A program made the translations under genes and the position numbers. Shown piece by piece: positions 22,742-32,344 of a stretch of 39,630 nucleotides of DNA; position 1 is the first letter of the stretch; the number at the start of each line of letters is the position of its first letter. A model generated the notes under the pieces. It ran no database searches, was not told where the DNA came from, and was given only the letters and a program-made list of their open reading frames with translations. Location of the stretch: IMG/VR virus record IMGVR_UViG_3300045988_044422. One strand, 5' to 3'. The DNA comes from a virus.

Positions 22742-23266
22742 ATGTACGAACATTTCACAAAGACACAGCAGCAGTTTGATGTCAGACGCGGCGATGTGTA
22801 TTATATCAACAACAACAGAGGACAGAGAGGAAACGAGATCAGGAAGGACAGACCAGCCGTCATTGTGTCGGCTGACTTCCTGAACAAACACAGCGGCGAT
22901 GTGGTCGTTGTGTTCCTGACATCACAGCCGAAGAAAGACATGTCAACACATGTGACGATCAGAACAACTGGAAGAGCGTCGGAAGCATTGTGTGAACAGC
23001 CGACAACAATCAGCGTGGAAAGATTAAACAACAGAATCGGCAGCGTGACAGAAAGAGAAATGCAGCAGATAGACATTGCGCTTCAGATAGCTTTGAATCT
23101 GGATGCAGGAGCAAACACACAGCCAGAACCCGAAAATCAATCGGGGGGGGCATCACACGGCAGCGATGCAGTGATTGAAAGCGAACACGATTGTATTATA
23201 AGACTTGAAACGGAGCGCAACACATACAAGAAACTTTATGAAGACATTATGAACCGAAGGAGATAG
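22742..23266 (+). CDS. PemK/MazF-family toxin-like protein with ~55-aa C-terminal extension
   Basis: RRGDVYYI......G.E.RKDRPAVIVS....N.....VVVVFLTSQ......HV.I.......ALCEQPTTISVERL...IG matches the PemK/MazF core. A G8 tract lies in the linker at 23143-23150. Confidence 0.7.
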   Translation: MYEHFTKTQQQFDVRRGDVYYINNNRGQRGNEIRKDRPAVIVSADFLNKHSGDVVVVFLTSQPKKDMSTHVTIRTTGRASEALCEQPTTISVERLNNRIGSVTEREMQQIDIALQIALNLDAGANTQPEPENQSGGASHGSDAVIESEHDCIIRLETERNTYKKLYEDIMNRRR

Positions 23267-23272
23267 AAAAAC

Positions 23273-23449
23273 ATGCGAAGTATATGGATTGAACAGGCGA
23301 TCAGCAATCTGGGTGGAATTATCGTGATTATATTGCAGTTGGGATTCATAGCAGTCCTGACAGCACTGATCATCTTGATTGTTATAGAGACAATCAAGGC
23401 AGTAGTCAAAGGAAACAAAGAACAAAAAGGAGCAAAGAAGAATGAATAA
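23273..23449 (+). CDS. 58-aa single-TM protein (below the ORF-track cutoff)
   Basis: AAGGAG RBS. MRSIWIEQAISNLGGIIVIILQLGFIAVLTALIILIVIETIKAVVKGNKEQKGAKKNE. Its end overlaps the ssb start. Confidence 0.45.
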   Translation: MRSIWIEQAISNLGGIIVIILQLGFIAVLTALIILIVIETIKAVVKGNKEQKGAKKNE

Positions 23450-23864
23450 GGTCATATTGATGGGAAGGCTGACAAGGGATGCACAGACACGATATACAGA
23501 AGGCGCAGAGCCTATGGCAATATCGCGCTTCACACTTGCGGTTGACAGGAGAGTCCAGAGAGATCAGGAAGGACAGTCAGCTGACTTCATTTCCTGTGTG
23601 GCATTCGGAAAGACAGGACAGTTCATGGAGAAGTACGGACAGCAGGGAACAAAGTTTGTGATTGAAGGACGCATTCAGACTGGCAGCTATACAAACAAAG
23701 AAGGTCGCAAGATTTACACAACGGAAGTTGTTGTGGAATCGGTCGAGTTTGCGGAAAGTAAAGCGGCAGCAGGCGACAACCAGTCAAGACCACAGCCAGC
23801 ACCAGACAGCGGCGATGGTTTTATGAACATACCAGACGGCGTTGACGATTTGCCTTTTACATAA
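23442..23864 (+). CDS. ssb: Single-stranded DNA-binding protein
   Basis: MNKVILMGRLTRD... OB-fold consensus, G/P/Q-rich tail and C-terminal acidic tip DDLPF. Confidence 0.9.
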   Translation: MNKVILMGRLTRDAQTRYTEGAEPMAISRFTLAVDRRVQRDQEGQSADFISCVAFGKTGQFMEKYGQQGTKFVIEGRIQTGSYTNKEGRKIYTTEVVVESVEFAESKAAAGDNQSRPQPAPDSGDGFMNIPDGVDDLPFT

Positions 23865-23887
23865 AGGCGCAGGAAGGAGTGAAAGAC

Positions 23888-24496
23888 ATGAAGCTGAAGG
23901 AATATGCAACAAAGATAAAAAACAGGCTTGTGGGACAGCGTGCGAAGCCACAGGAGGAAGAAAAAGACGATCTGTCAGAGAAAATTGCAGAACGCACACA
24001 GGAATTGATTGCGGAAGACAGACAGGAAGCTGTCAGGGCAGCAGTCGTGGAAGAACCTGAACCAGAAGAAACGACAGAACAGCCGAAAGCAGAAAGAAAC
24101 ATCAGTGCAGATGTGATGAAACTGGCAGCAGTCACAAGAGGACTGAAGATTGATCCTGAATGGACAAAAGAAGAAACGATCAAAGCTGTATCGGAATACA
24201 GCGGACTTCCTGAAGAAGAAGTCGAAGTGCTGCTTGAATCGACAGCAAAGTGGGCGCAGGAAACAGGAAGAAAAATGGTAAAGAGTATCACGGAAGCGTT
24301 TGAAAAGTTGAAGCCAGCGTTTGAACAGGTAGGGAAAGCAATCACAGAAGCATTCAGGAAGACAAAATGGACAGGATTGCAGTTGCGAAAAGAGCTGATC
24401 AGCAATAACAGACGCAAAATGAAAGGAATGCCGATGATCAGGGCAAAGGCGATTGAAAAAGCCAGAAGGAATGAAAGGCGAAAGCCTAAAAAGTAG
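23888..24496 (+). CDS. Hypothetical charged protein (~202 aa)
   Basis: ATG 23888 after GGAAGGAG (GTG 23879 is also possible). No motif recognised. Confidence 0.5.
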   Translation: MKLKEYATKIKNRLVGQRAKPQEEEKDDLSEKIAERTQELIAEDRQEAVRAAVVEEPEPEETTEQPKAERNISADVMKLAAVTRGLKIDPEWTKEETIKAVSEYSGLPEEEVEVLLESTAKWAQETGRKMVKSITEAFEKLKPAFEQVGKAITEAFRKTKWTGLQLRKELISNNRRKMKGMPMIRAKAIEKARRNERRKPKK

Positions 24497-25013
24497 AAAG
24501 AAGGTGTGCAATGTGCAAAATAGCGATGAAACGCAGCAGGACATGACGGAAGCAATCAGGATCGCGGTGCGGAAGGCGTTTGCTGAAGTCAAAATTGAAG
24601 AAAAGAGAGCAGAGAAGAAAAAAACACTGTATAACACACGAAGATTGATGGAATCATACATAGATTTGAAAAAATACATCAATAATGCAATTACGGAGGA
24701 AGAAGAAGTCACAGAAGCAGCATACAGCGTCCTGAAGGGCGAAAATGCAAAGCTGAAATCTGTCAAGGAAGCGAAAATGGTCACAGCGATGATGATTATT
24801 AACATTGACAGGGCATTGACCGAACTGGAAACCGAAAGCAGGAAAGAAGGCACATTGTACAAGTATGAAGCGTTCAGAATGCACTATATTGACGGACTGA
24901 CCTTTGAAGAAATTGCGGATCAGCTTGATTGCGGAAAAAACAGCCCTTCAAACTGGTGCAAGGCGATTTTGAAGAAAATGTCTGTCAAATTATTCGGAAT
25001 TAACGGAATTTGA
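24453..25013 (+). CDS. Sigma-70 region-4-like transcriptional regulator (probable late-gene activator)
   Basis: The C-terminal YIDGLTFEEIADQLDCGKNSPSNWCKAILKKM resembles a sigma region 4 HTH. It is the last gene before the late operon. The true start is uncertain (candidates 24453, 24504, 24540). Confidence 0.5.
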   Translation: MKKPEGMKGESLKSRKKVCNVQNSDETQQDMTEAIRIAVRKAFAEVKIEEKRAEKKKTLYNTRRLMESYIDLKKYINNAITEEEEVTEAAYSVLKGENAKLKSVKEAKMVTAMMIINIDRALTELETESRKEGTLYKYEAFRMHYIDGLTFEEIADQLDCGKNSPSNWCKAILKKMSVKLFGINGI

Positions 25014-25140
25014 AAAAGGCGATCTGAAAAAGGCTTTTTTCGAGGGAAACGACAACGAAAGCATGGGAAAAGCGTGGGAAAAGTGAGGGTTTTTATAGGG
25101 GACATCCTAAAGTAAAATAGTATCGTGAAATGTTGTACAG

Positions 25141-25182
25141 AAAGACCGAAACAGCACAGAAGTGTTGAATCGGTCTTTTTTA
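25141..25182 (+). terminator. Rho-independent terminator closing the early operon
   Basis: AAAGACCGA...TCGGTCTTT outer stem, inner CAGCAC/GTGTTG helix, AGAA loop, followed by TTTTTTATT. Confidence 0.7.
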
Positions 25183-25220
25183 TTGCATTTCTGCCCTCTT
25201 ATTTGCGGAATGTGGGTGCT

Positions 25221-25324
25221 TATATAAGGGCATCCACAGGAAGCATAAAAACAAGGCTTTATATAGGGGCATACCTGACAGGGGTGCATATATAGGGCAT
25301 ATATAAGGGGCATATATAAGCGGC
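25221..25324. repeat. Five iterations of TATATA(A/G)GGG(G)CAT-like motif upstream of the HNH/terminase genes
   Basis: Copies at 25221-25233, 25260-25272, 25289-25300, 25300-25313 and 25313-25324 (the last is degenerate). A weaker copy TATAGGGGACAT lies near 25094-25106. Confidence 0.7.
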
Positions 25325-25390
25325 TGCGTACAGAGCCTATACAGACGGATATATGAAGCATATGCAGCAGTAGGAAGGTGGTGCAAGGGT

Positions 25391-25834
25391 TTGTTATTTC
25401 ACAAGTGCAGATGTGGGGCTTTAATACCACAGAATATAGCTGAATGTGAAGCCTGTGCAGCGAAGGCGGCAGGGCAGCAGTCAAGACACATGGAATACAA
25501 CAAACACCGAAGAAACAAGAAGACAGCAGCCTTCTATGTATCAAGTGAGTGGAGGAAGACAAGAGCCGAAACAATCAGGCGGTTTGATGGCGTTGATATA
25601 TATGCCTTCTATGTGCTGCATGTAATACAGACAGCTGACATGGTGCATCATATCACACCTATTGAAGAAGACTGGAACAGACGACTTGATGCAACCAATC
25701 TGATCCCATTGAGCAATCACAGCCATGGAATCATTGAAGCCTTGTACAGCAAGGATGAACAGACAAAAAAAGCGACACAAAAGATGTTGTATGACCTGAT
25801 AGAACGCCACTGGAAGGCGACAGGGGGAGTATGA
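25391..25834 (+). CDS. HNH endonuclease (terminase-associated)
   Basis: N-terminal CxxC...CxxC, HHI.P......N...NLIPLS..SH motif. It lies immediately upstream of the terminase genes. TTG start. Confidence 0.8.
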   Translation: MLFHKCRCGALIPQNIAECEACAAKAAGQQSRHMEYNKHRRNKKTAAFYVSSEWRKTRAETIRRFDGVDIYAFYVLHVIQTADMVHHITPIEEDWNRRLDATNLIPLSNHSHGIIEALYSKDEQTKKATQKMLYDLIERHWKATGGV

Positions 25835-25988
25835 AAAAGTATCGGGTTAAGTTTATTTAGTCGCGCTTCCCCTTTTCCGTGGAGAAAACTCCCCACGAAA
25901 AATCCAGATCAAAGCCCTACAAGAAGGGTGTGTCATATTCTGACACGAACGCAAGGAAATCCAGCAAAGAAGGGAGGTCGCGAAAGAT

Positions 25989-26510
25989 ATGGCAGGACAA
26001 CGACAACCGATAGAACTGGTTATTGCAAAGGGCAAAAAACACCTAACAAAAGCGGAAATCGAAGAACGCCAGCGAACGGAAGTGAAGGCAGCAGCAGACA
26101 AAGTGACTGCGCCGTCTTATTTGACACCTTCACAGAAAAAGACGTTCAAAAAGATTGTGAAAGAACTTCGCGCGATTGACCTTGTGTCAAATCTTGATGT
26201 TGATGCACTGGCAAGACTGGTCATCGCACAGGAAAACTATGTGGCGGTAACGGAAGAAATGAAGTCGCAACCACTCACGATCAGAATGGAGTTCAAAGAG
26301 AATGACGCGGACGGAAACCCGATCATTGTTGAAAGACAGGTCGTGAACAGTACAGTTGAACGACTGGCACTTCTTCAGGATCGCTATTTTAAGCAGTGCC
26401 GACAGGGTGCTGCGGACTTCGGGCTGACAGTGTCGTCACGCTGTCGCCTTGTAGTGCCAAAAGCCGACAAGGAAACGCCGAAGGAAAACAAATTCGCTAA
26501 ATTTGCATAG
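25989..26510 (+). CDS. terS: Terminase small subunit (P27-family-like)
   Basis: Position upstream of TerL, plus the pattern L.P..YL....KK.F..IV..L.....L...D...L......Y. Confidence 0.65.
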   Translation: MAGQRQPIELVIAKGKKHLTKAEIEERQRTEVKAAADKVTAPSYLTPSQKKTFKKIVKELRAIDLVSNLDVDALARLVIAQENYVAVTEEMKSQPLTIRMEFKENDADGNPIIVERQVVNSTVERLALLQDRYFKQCRQGAADFGLTVSSRCRLVVPKADKETPKENKFAKFA

Positions 26511-26517
26511 GCGATAA

Positions 26518-28260
26518 ATGACGGACAGAACCACACAATACGCACTGGATGTCCTTGCAGACAAGATCGTTGCTGGCGATCTGGTCAAAGCTGCGTGTCA
26601 AAGACACATAGACGACATGAAAGCGGCTGAAGCTGCGCCATATCGCTATTATTTTGATGTTGAAGAAGCTGAAAGGATCATTGACTTTGCAGAAACGCTG
26701 ACGATTGCGGAAGGCGAAGAAGAACAGCCAGTGACAGCATATCCGTTTCAGTGCTTCATTTTGGGAAGCCTGAACGGATGGAGAACTAAAGACGGACATC
26801 ACAGACGATTCAGAACCAGCTATATACAGTTGGGGCGACAGAACGGCAAGTCATTCCTGAATGGTATTCTGGCGGCTTATTACGGCAACTTCGACAAGTA
26901 CAAATATGGTCAAATTTACTGTACAGCCACAAAGAAAGATCAGGCAATGATTGTCTTCAACGAAATTGTGAAGTTCATAAATTCTGACAGCGATTTGTCA
27001 GAGTGCTTCAAGATTCACGAACACAATTCAACAATTGACTGCAAGATCACACATAGCAAGATCAAGGCACTGTCAGGCGACACGAAGTCGATTGACGGCT
27101 TCAGACCATATCTGGGAATCGTGGACGAATATCACGCCCATAAAGATGATCAGATGTACAAGCTGCTTGAAGGCGGCATCAAGAAAATGAAGTCGGCACT
27201 GATCAGCGTGATCACAACGGCAGGATTCGATCTGAAATCGCCGTGTTTTGCACTGTATGAATACTGTGTGAAAGTCCTGAAGGGTGTAGCAAGTAATGAT
27301 TCACAATTCATTTATATCGCGCAAATGAATGAATCTGACGATATGTGGACACCTGAAAACTGGATCAAGGCAAACCCGATTCTGGAATATGACAGGGACG
27401 CATTGCAGAACATGATCCCGATTGCTGCAACAGCGAAGGAAATGGGAGGATCGACACTGCGCGACTTCATCGTCAAGCAGCTCAACATGTGGATTCAGTG
27501 GACAAACGATGTCTATATCAAGGACATGGATGTCTGGACAAGGGCAACAGTTAAGAAGACGCTAGCTGACTTCAGAGGTCAGAAGGCTTATGTCGGACTT
27601 GACCTGTCATCAGGCGGCGACTTGACATCAATCGCAATCGTGATCCCATTCATGCGCGGCGAAGACAAATGTTACTTCATACACGCACACAGCTTCATTC
27701 CGAAAAGGAGAGTTGAAGAACACATCAAGACGGATCGCGTGCCTTATGACCTATGGATCAGACAGGGGCTTGTCGAAGTCACTGAAACAATGGGCGGCGT
27801 AAAAACAGACTATAAGTACATAATCGCGTACTTGCAGAAGATCGTGAAGCTGTATGAATTGGATGTGCAGTGGATTTGTTACGATCCGCACAATGCTTCA
27901 GCGTTCCTGACAGACTTGGAAGCACTGGGATTTGACAGTATCGCAGTGAAACAGTCGGCAAGAGAATTGAACGATCCGACAGTTGACTTCAGGCTGGAAC
28001 TGGAAGCAGGGCATGTCGAACATGACGGAAACGAAGCAACAAAGTGGTCTATTGCGAACGCAAAGACGACTTCAAACAGCTTCGGGGAAATAAAAATTGA
28101 TAAAGAATACGCAACAGAGCGAATCGACATCGTGGATGCAATCATTGATGCATGGATGATGGCAATGAAGGGCGAAATCAAGCCAGATGTCAACAGATAC
28201 CTTGATATTTGGTTTGCAGGAACAGAGAAATTGCGACAGAAGGGAGGTGCGCAAGGTTGA
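26518..28260 (+). CDS. terL: Terminase large subunit
   Basis: Walker A LGRQNGKS, Walker B LGIVDEYH, C-terminal nuclease domain. 580 aa. Confidence 0.9.
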   Translation: MTDRTTQYALDVLADKIVAGDLVKAACQRHIDDMKAAEAAPYRYYFDVEEAERIIDFAETLTIAEGEEEQPVTAYPFQCFILGSLNGWRTKDGHHRRFRTSYIQLGRQNGKSFLNGILAAYYGNFDKYKYGQIYCTATKKDQAMIVFNEIVKFINSDSDLSECFKIHEHNSTIDCKITHSKIKALSGDTKSIDGFRPYLGIVDEYHAHKDDQMYKLLEGGIKKMKSALISVITTAGFDLKSPCFALYEYCVKVLKGVASNDSQFIYIAQMNESDDMWTPENWIKANPILEYDRDALQNMIPIAATAKEMGGSTLRDFIVKQLNMWIQWTNDVYIKDMDVWTRATVKKTLADFRGQKAYVGLDLSSGGDLTSIAIVIPFMRGEDKCYFIHAHSFIPKRRVEEHIKTDRVPYDLWIRQGLVEVTETMGGVKTDYKYIIAYLQKIVKLYELDVQWICYDPHNASAFLTDLEALGFDSIAVKQSARELNDPTVDFRLELEAGHVEHDGNEATKWSIANAKTTSNSFGEIKIDKEYATERIDIVDAIIDAWMMAMKGEIKPDVNRYLDIWFAGTEKLRQKGGAQG

Positions 28261-28262
28261 AC

Positions 28263-29729
28263 ATGTGGAAAACACTGAACAAAGGAATTATGAAAGCATT
28301 CGGAATGAATATTGAAACAGATACAGCAACACTGAATGATGAATCGTTTCTGGAATGGGTTGGGATTAAGCGCGACAGTGAAAGCAAGAAGCCGACATCT
28401 GACGTGACATACTTCACTTGTTTGAAAATGATGTCAGAAACAGTCGCGAAAATGCCATGGAAGTTGTACCAGAAAACAAACAAGGGCATCAGTGAGCCGA
28501 TAGACAACGACATTGCAAGGCTTATGAAGCAGCGTCCGAACCCTTTTATGACACCGACAACCTTCTGGAACGCTGTAGAAATGAATAGAAACCATTATGG
28601 GAACGCATATGTCTATGTACGCAGGAAATTCAAGCGCAAGAAATATGGTGGAGAATATAAAGCACTGGACATGTGGATCATGCCATCGGACAGGGTGCAG
28701 ATCATAGTTGACGACAAAGGCATTTTCGCAGGCAAAGGGAAAATCTGGTACTTGTACAGTGATGAATATTCAGGCGAACAGTACATATTCAGGACGGAAG
28801 ATGTCTTGCACTTCAAGACTTCACACTGCCTGAACGGAATAGTCGGACTACCAGTTCAATACATCCTGAAGCAGACAGTTGAAGGCGTGATTGAATCGCA
28901 ACGCTTCCTGAATAATTTGTACAAAAATGGATTGACAGCGAAAGCGGTGCTGGAATACACAGGCGAACTGAATGAAGATGCAGCCACAAAGCTGCGACAG
29001 ACTTTTGAACGCTTCGGAGCAGGAAGCCAGAACACAGGCAAGATTCTTCCTGTGCCACTGGGAATGAAGCTGACACCGCTAGATATTAAGCTGACAGATT
29101 CACAGTTCATCGAATTGAAGAAATATTCTGCACTTCAAATTGCAGCAGCGTTCGGAATCAAGCCGAACCAGATCAACGACTATGAAAAATCATCATACAG
29201 CAATTCGGAAATGCAGCAGCTGTCATTCTATGTGGACACAATGCTTTTCGTACTGAAGCAGTACGAAGAAGAAGTGAACTACAAGCTATTATCGGATGAC
29301 GAAACGGAAGACGGACTGTACTTCAAAATGAATGAAAAAGTATTGCTTCGTACCGACAGCAAGACACAAATGGAAATCCTGAAAGAAGGAATCAACAACG
29401 GCATCGAAACAGTAAACGAAGCCAGAAGAAAACTTGATTTGATGGATATGGAAGGCGGCGACACATTGATTGTCAATGGAACTTATGTGCCATTGACGAA
29501 AGTCGGGGCAGCATATGACAAAGCTGAAGAACAGGACACTGAAGAAAACAGCGATCCTGACAATCCTATAAATGAGCCAAACACAGAAGGCGGCGAAAAT
29601 ACGGATCAGGATGAACAGGAGCAGGAAACAGCCGAAACGAATGAACCTGACACCGATCAGGAAGGAGGGAAAGACGATGGCGAAGAAAATGAACTTCACA
29701 AGAAGAAATCGAACGAAAAGAACGATTGA
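28263..29729 (+). CDS. Portal protein (HK97 family-like)
   Basis: ATG 3 nt after the TerL stop. Size and position fit. Acidic C-terminal tail. Confidence 0.8.
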   Translation: MWKTLNKGIMKAFGMNIETDTATLNDESFLEWVGIKRDSESKKPTSDVTYFTCLKMMSETVAKMPWKLYQKTNKGISEPIDNDIARLMKQRPNPFMTPTTFWNAVEMNRNHYGNAYVYVRRKFKRKKYGGEYKALDMWIMPSDRVQIIVDDKGIFAGKGKIWYLYSDEYSGEQYIFRTEDVLHFKTSHCLNGIVGLPVQYILKQTVEGVIESQRFLNNLYKNGLTAKAVLEYTGELNEDAATKLRQTFERFGAGSQNTGKILPVPLGMKLTPLDIKLTDSQFIELKKYSALQIAAAFGIKPNQINDYEKSSYSNSEMQQLSFYVDTMLFVLKQYEEEVNYKLLSDDETEDGLYFKMNEKVLLRTDSKTQMEILKEGINNGIETVNEARRKLDLMDMEGGDTLIVNGTYVPLTKVGAAYDKAEEQDTEENSDPDNPINEPNTEGGENTDQDEQEQETAETNEPDTDQEGGKDDGEENELHKKKSNEKND

Positions 29730-30459
29730 AAATGTCGGCTTTATGCAGATCAAAGACGCGGCAGCAGGCGGCGTTGAACTGTACATATACGGCGACATTG
29801 TATCTTCGGCGTGGGACAAGTGGACATCAGAAGACACCTGTCCACAGGACATCACAGACTTTCTGAACGGCATTGACAACAATGCAGAACTGACAGTGTA
29901 CTTCAACAGCTGTGGCGGCGATGTATTCGCAGGAATTGGCATATACAACATTTTGAAACGCCACAAAGGACATATCACAGGCATTGTGGACGGAATTGCA
30001 GCGTCAATCGCATCCGTGATCCTTATGGCGTGCGATGACATTGTTGTGTCAACAGGCGCACAGATTATGATTCACAAGCCGCTGACAATGGCGTGGGGCA
30101 ATGCAGACGACTTCGCGGCGGTTATAAGCCAGCTTGACAGCTGTCAGCAGATGATCACAGACATCTACATGACAAAAGCAAAGGAAGGCGTGACAGCAGA
30201 CCAGTTTGAAGAACTGATCAATGCAGAAACATGGATGTCGGAAAGCGAAGCATCAGAGTGTCGCGCTTCAGACTATTTCAACATCAAAGTGGATGAATCA
30301 GCGGAAGCAGTCGCAGCATGTGTCGGCTACATGATAGACAGATTCAAACATGCGCCAACAGGAATGAAGACTGAAACAGCTGAAGACATCGAAGCAAGAC
30401 AACAGCAGGCAGACGAAACAGAAGAAATTCTGGGCGATCTGTACATGTATGGAATTTAA
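29677..30459 (+). CDS. ClpP-like (S14) prohead maturation protease
   Basis: FNSCGGDVFAGIGIYN and GIAASIASVILMACD...IMIHKP (Ser/His). GAAGGAGGG RBS. It overlaps the portal 3' end by 53 nt. Confidence 0.85.
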   Translation: MAKKMNFTRRNRTKRTIENVGFMQIKDAAAGGVELYIYGDIVSSAWDKWTSEDTCPQDITDFLNGIDNNAELTVYFNSCGGDVFAGIGIYNILKRHKGHITGIVDGIAASIASVILMACDDIVVSTGAQIMIHKPLTMAWGNADDFAAVISQLDSCQQMITDIYMTKAKEGVTADQFEELINAETWMSESEASECRASDYFNIKVDESAEAVAACVGYMIDRFKHAPTGMKTETAEDIEARQQQADETEEILGDLYMYGI

Positions 30460-30478
30460 GAAAACGGAGGAAAAAGCA

Positions 30479-31687
30479 ATGAGCAAAGAAGCAAGAGCGT
30501 TATTAAAAAAGATCAACGACAAAAAGAACGCAATCAAAGCCCTTGTGAATGAGGGAAAAACAAAGGAAGCAAAGGAAGCAAAAGCAGAACTTGTGGACAT
30601 GCAGGATCGTTTCAACATCCTTATGGATTTAGAGGATGACGAGGACGAGAGCATCAAAGACCAGCTTGACAAGGACGAAGCAACAAGGGTTGAAGGAAAA
30701 GACAAAGCACCTTCAAAGAAAGACATTGCGCGTGCATTTGTCAATTGTATTGTCTGCGGAATGCGCAAGACAAAAATGGACGAGAAAGACAAGAAGATCA
30801 TGGATGCAATGTCGGAGAAGACAGACGAGGACGGCGGCTTCACAGTTCCACAGGACATTCAGACAGACATCCACGAATTAAGAAGGACAGATGATGACCT
30901 TGAACAGTATGTCAATGTTGAGCCTGTCAGCACATTATCAGGAAGCAGAGTGCTTGAAAAAGATGCAGATTCAACACCATGGGACGATGTAGATGAAGCA
31001 GCAGAGTTCGGAGAGGAAGAAACACCGAAATTGCGACAGATCAAATACAAGATCGGCAAGAAGGGCGGCATCCTGGAAGTAACACGCGAACTTCTCCAGG
31101 ATACAGCAGAAAACATTCTGGGCTTCCTGAATAAGTGGATCGCGAAGAAGTCAAGAGCCACAAGAAACGCTGCGATCCTGAAGAAACTTGCAGAGATTAC
31201 AAACACGAAAGAAGTTGCAATCAGCACTGTGGACGATCTGAAGACAGTCTTCAATGTGACACTTGATCCAGCGATTGCAGCGTCTTCAATCGTTCTGACA
31301 AACCAGTCAGGATTCAACTATCTTGACACATTAAAGGATGAACGCGGCGACTACATTTTGCAGCCAGATGTCACAGACAAAACAAAGATGCTTCTTTTTG
31401 GTGTATATCCGATCAAGAAGGTCAGCAACAAAGTTTTGAAGAATGTCGAAGTGAAGACTGATGGAAGCAATGTGTCAGCGTACAAGTACCCACTTTATAT
31501 GGGCGACTTGAAGGAAGCAATCACTTTATTTGACCGCGAGAAGATCAGCATCGAACTTTCAACCGAAGCTGGCGATTTATGGGCGAAAGACCAGACAGGA
31601 ATCAAGGTGCGTGACAGATTCGATGTGCAGGCATTTGATGAAGAAGCAGTCATCAAGGGAGAAATCACAGTTCCTGTTGCTGGTTAA
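30479..31687 (+). CDS. Major capsid protein, HK97 fold, with N-terminal delta/scaffold domain
   Basis: Coiled-coil N-terminus, then GGFTVPQDIQTDI and an HK97-type core. It follows the protease. Confidence 0.85.
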   Translation: MSKEARALLKKINDKKNAIKALVNEGKTKEAKEAKAELVDMQDRFNILMDLEDDEDESIKDQLDKDEATRVEGKDKAPSKKDIARAFVNCIVCGMRKTKMDEKDKKIMDAMSEKTDEDGGFTVPQDIQTDIHELRRTDDDLEQYVNVEPVSTLSGSRVLEKDADSTPWDDVDEAAEFGEEETPKLRQIKYKIGKKGGILEVTRELLQDTAENILGFLNKWIAKKSRATRNAAILKKLAEITNTKEVAISTVDDLKTVFNVTLDPAIAASSIVLTNQSGFNYLDTLKDERGDYILQPDVTDKTKMLLFGVYPIKKVSNKVLKNVEVKTDGSNVSAYKYPLYMGDLKEAITLFDREKISIELSTEAGDLWAKDQTGIKVRDRFDVQAFDEEAVIKGEITVPVAG

Positions 31688-31719
31688 TGGCAGCAGGCTT
31701 CAGGAGAGGAGGAAAAGAC

Positions 31720-31983
31720 ATGGAACTGGAAGAACTGAAGGCATATTGTCGTATCGACTATGACGATGACGATGAAGTGATCAAACTGATTTATGCAGCA
31801 GTGCTGGAAGAAATGACAGACCTGATCAAAGACTTCAATCCTGAAGCACTCACGAACCGTCAGAAGTTATTGATCTGCATGTATGTCAAAGAAGCCTACG
31901 ACAGCAGGGACAGAACAGCACCAACAGACGACAAAGTCAGATTCGCGGTGCAGTCGATGATGTTGAAAGAAAGGTTGAAGTGA
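31720..31983 (+). CDS. Head-tail connector (gp6-like)
   Basis: LEELKAYCRIDYDDDDEVIKLIYAAVLEEM matches the gp6-like connector signature. GAGGAGG RBS. Confidence 0.7.
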   Translation: MELEELKAYCRIDYDDDDEVIKLIYAAVLEEMTDLIKDFNPEALTNRQKLLICMYVKEAYDSRDRTAPTDDKVRFAVQSMMLKERLK

Positions 31984-31984
31984 T

Positions 31985-32311
31985 ATGTCAAGCGCAAGGA
32001 TCAAAATATACAAATATCAGTATGGGAAAGTTGATGGAAGGCGAGTGGAAGCAGAACCGATATTGTATCACGAATGCTGGTGCGAGATCGGCAGCCTTTA
32101 CGGAAAAGAACTGTACAAGGCAATAGAAATCAGACTGGAAGACACAATCGTGTTTAACAAGGTCAGGTATTGCAAAAAGGTCAAAGAGATAGCAGCACAC
32201 CTGAAGGACTACTTTGTGGAATACGAAGGGGAAAGATACAACATATTTGCAAGGGACTTCAGGAACAACGACAGGCAATATGTGCAGTTGAAAGCGAACC
32301 GCACAACATAA
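31985..32311 (+). CDS. Head closure / head-tail adaptor protein
   Basis: Size, position and the pattern I.IY.........E......WCEI....GKE...A.......I.F..RY matching SPP1 gp16-like proteins. Confidence 0.6.
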   Translation: MSSARIKIYKYQYGKVDGRRVEAEPILYHECWCEIGSLYGKELYKAIEIRLEDTIVFNKVRYCKKVKEIAAHLKDYFVEYEGERYNIFARDFRNNDRQYVQLKANRTT

Positions 32312-32344
32312 GTGTCAGATTATGACACAAGGGAGGGACACAGC

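Noticed and set aside
25221-25324. Possibility that the iterated motif is a mini CRISPR array.
   Set aside because: The units are only ~12-14 bp, partly abutting, with no unique spacers of 25-40 bp and no cas genes.
25107-25574. - strand ORFs of 155 and 68 aa with repetitive PLIYA/PYI-like peptide motifs.
   Set aside because: The peptide repeats are only the translation of the TATATAAGGGGCAT DNA repeats. There is no RBS, and the ORFs overlap the HNH gene start.
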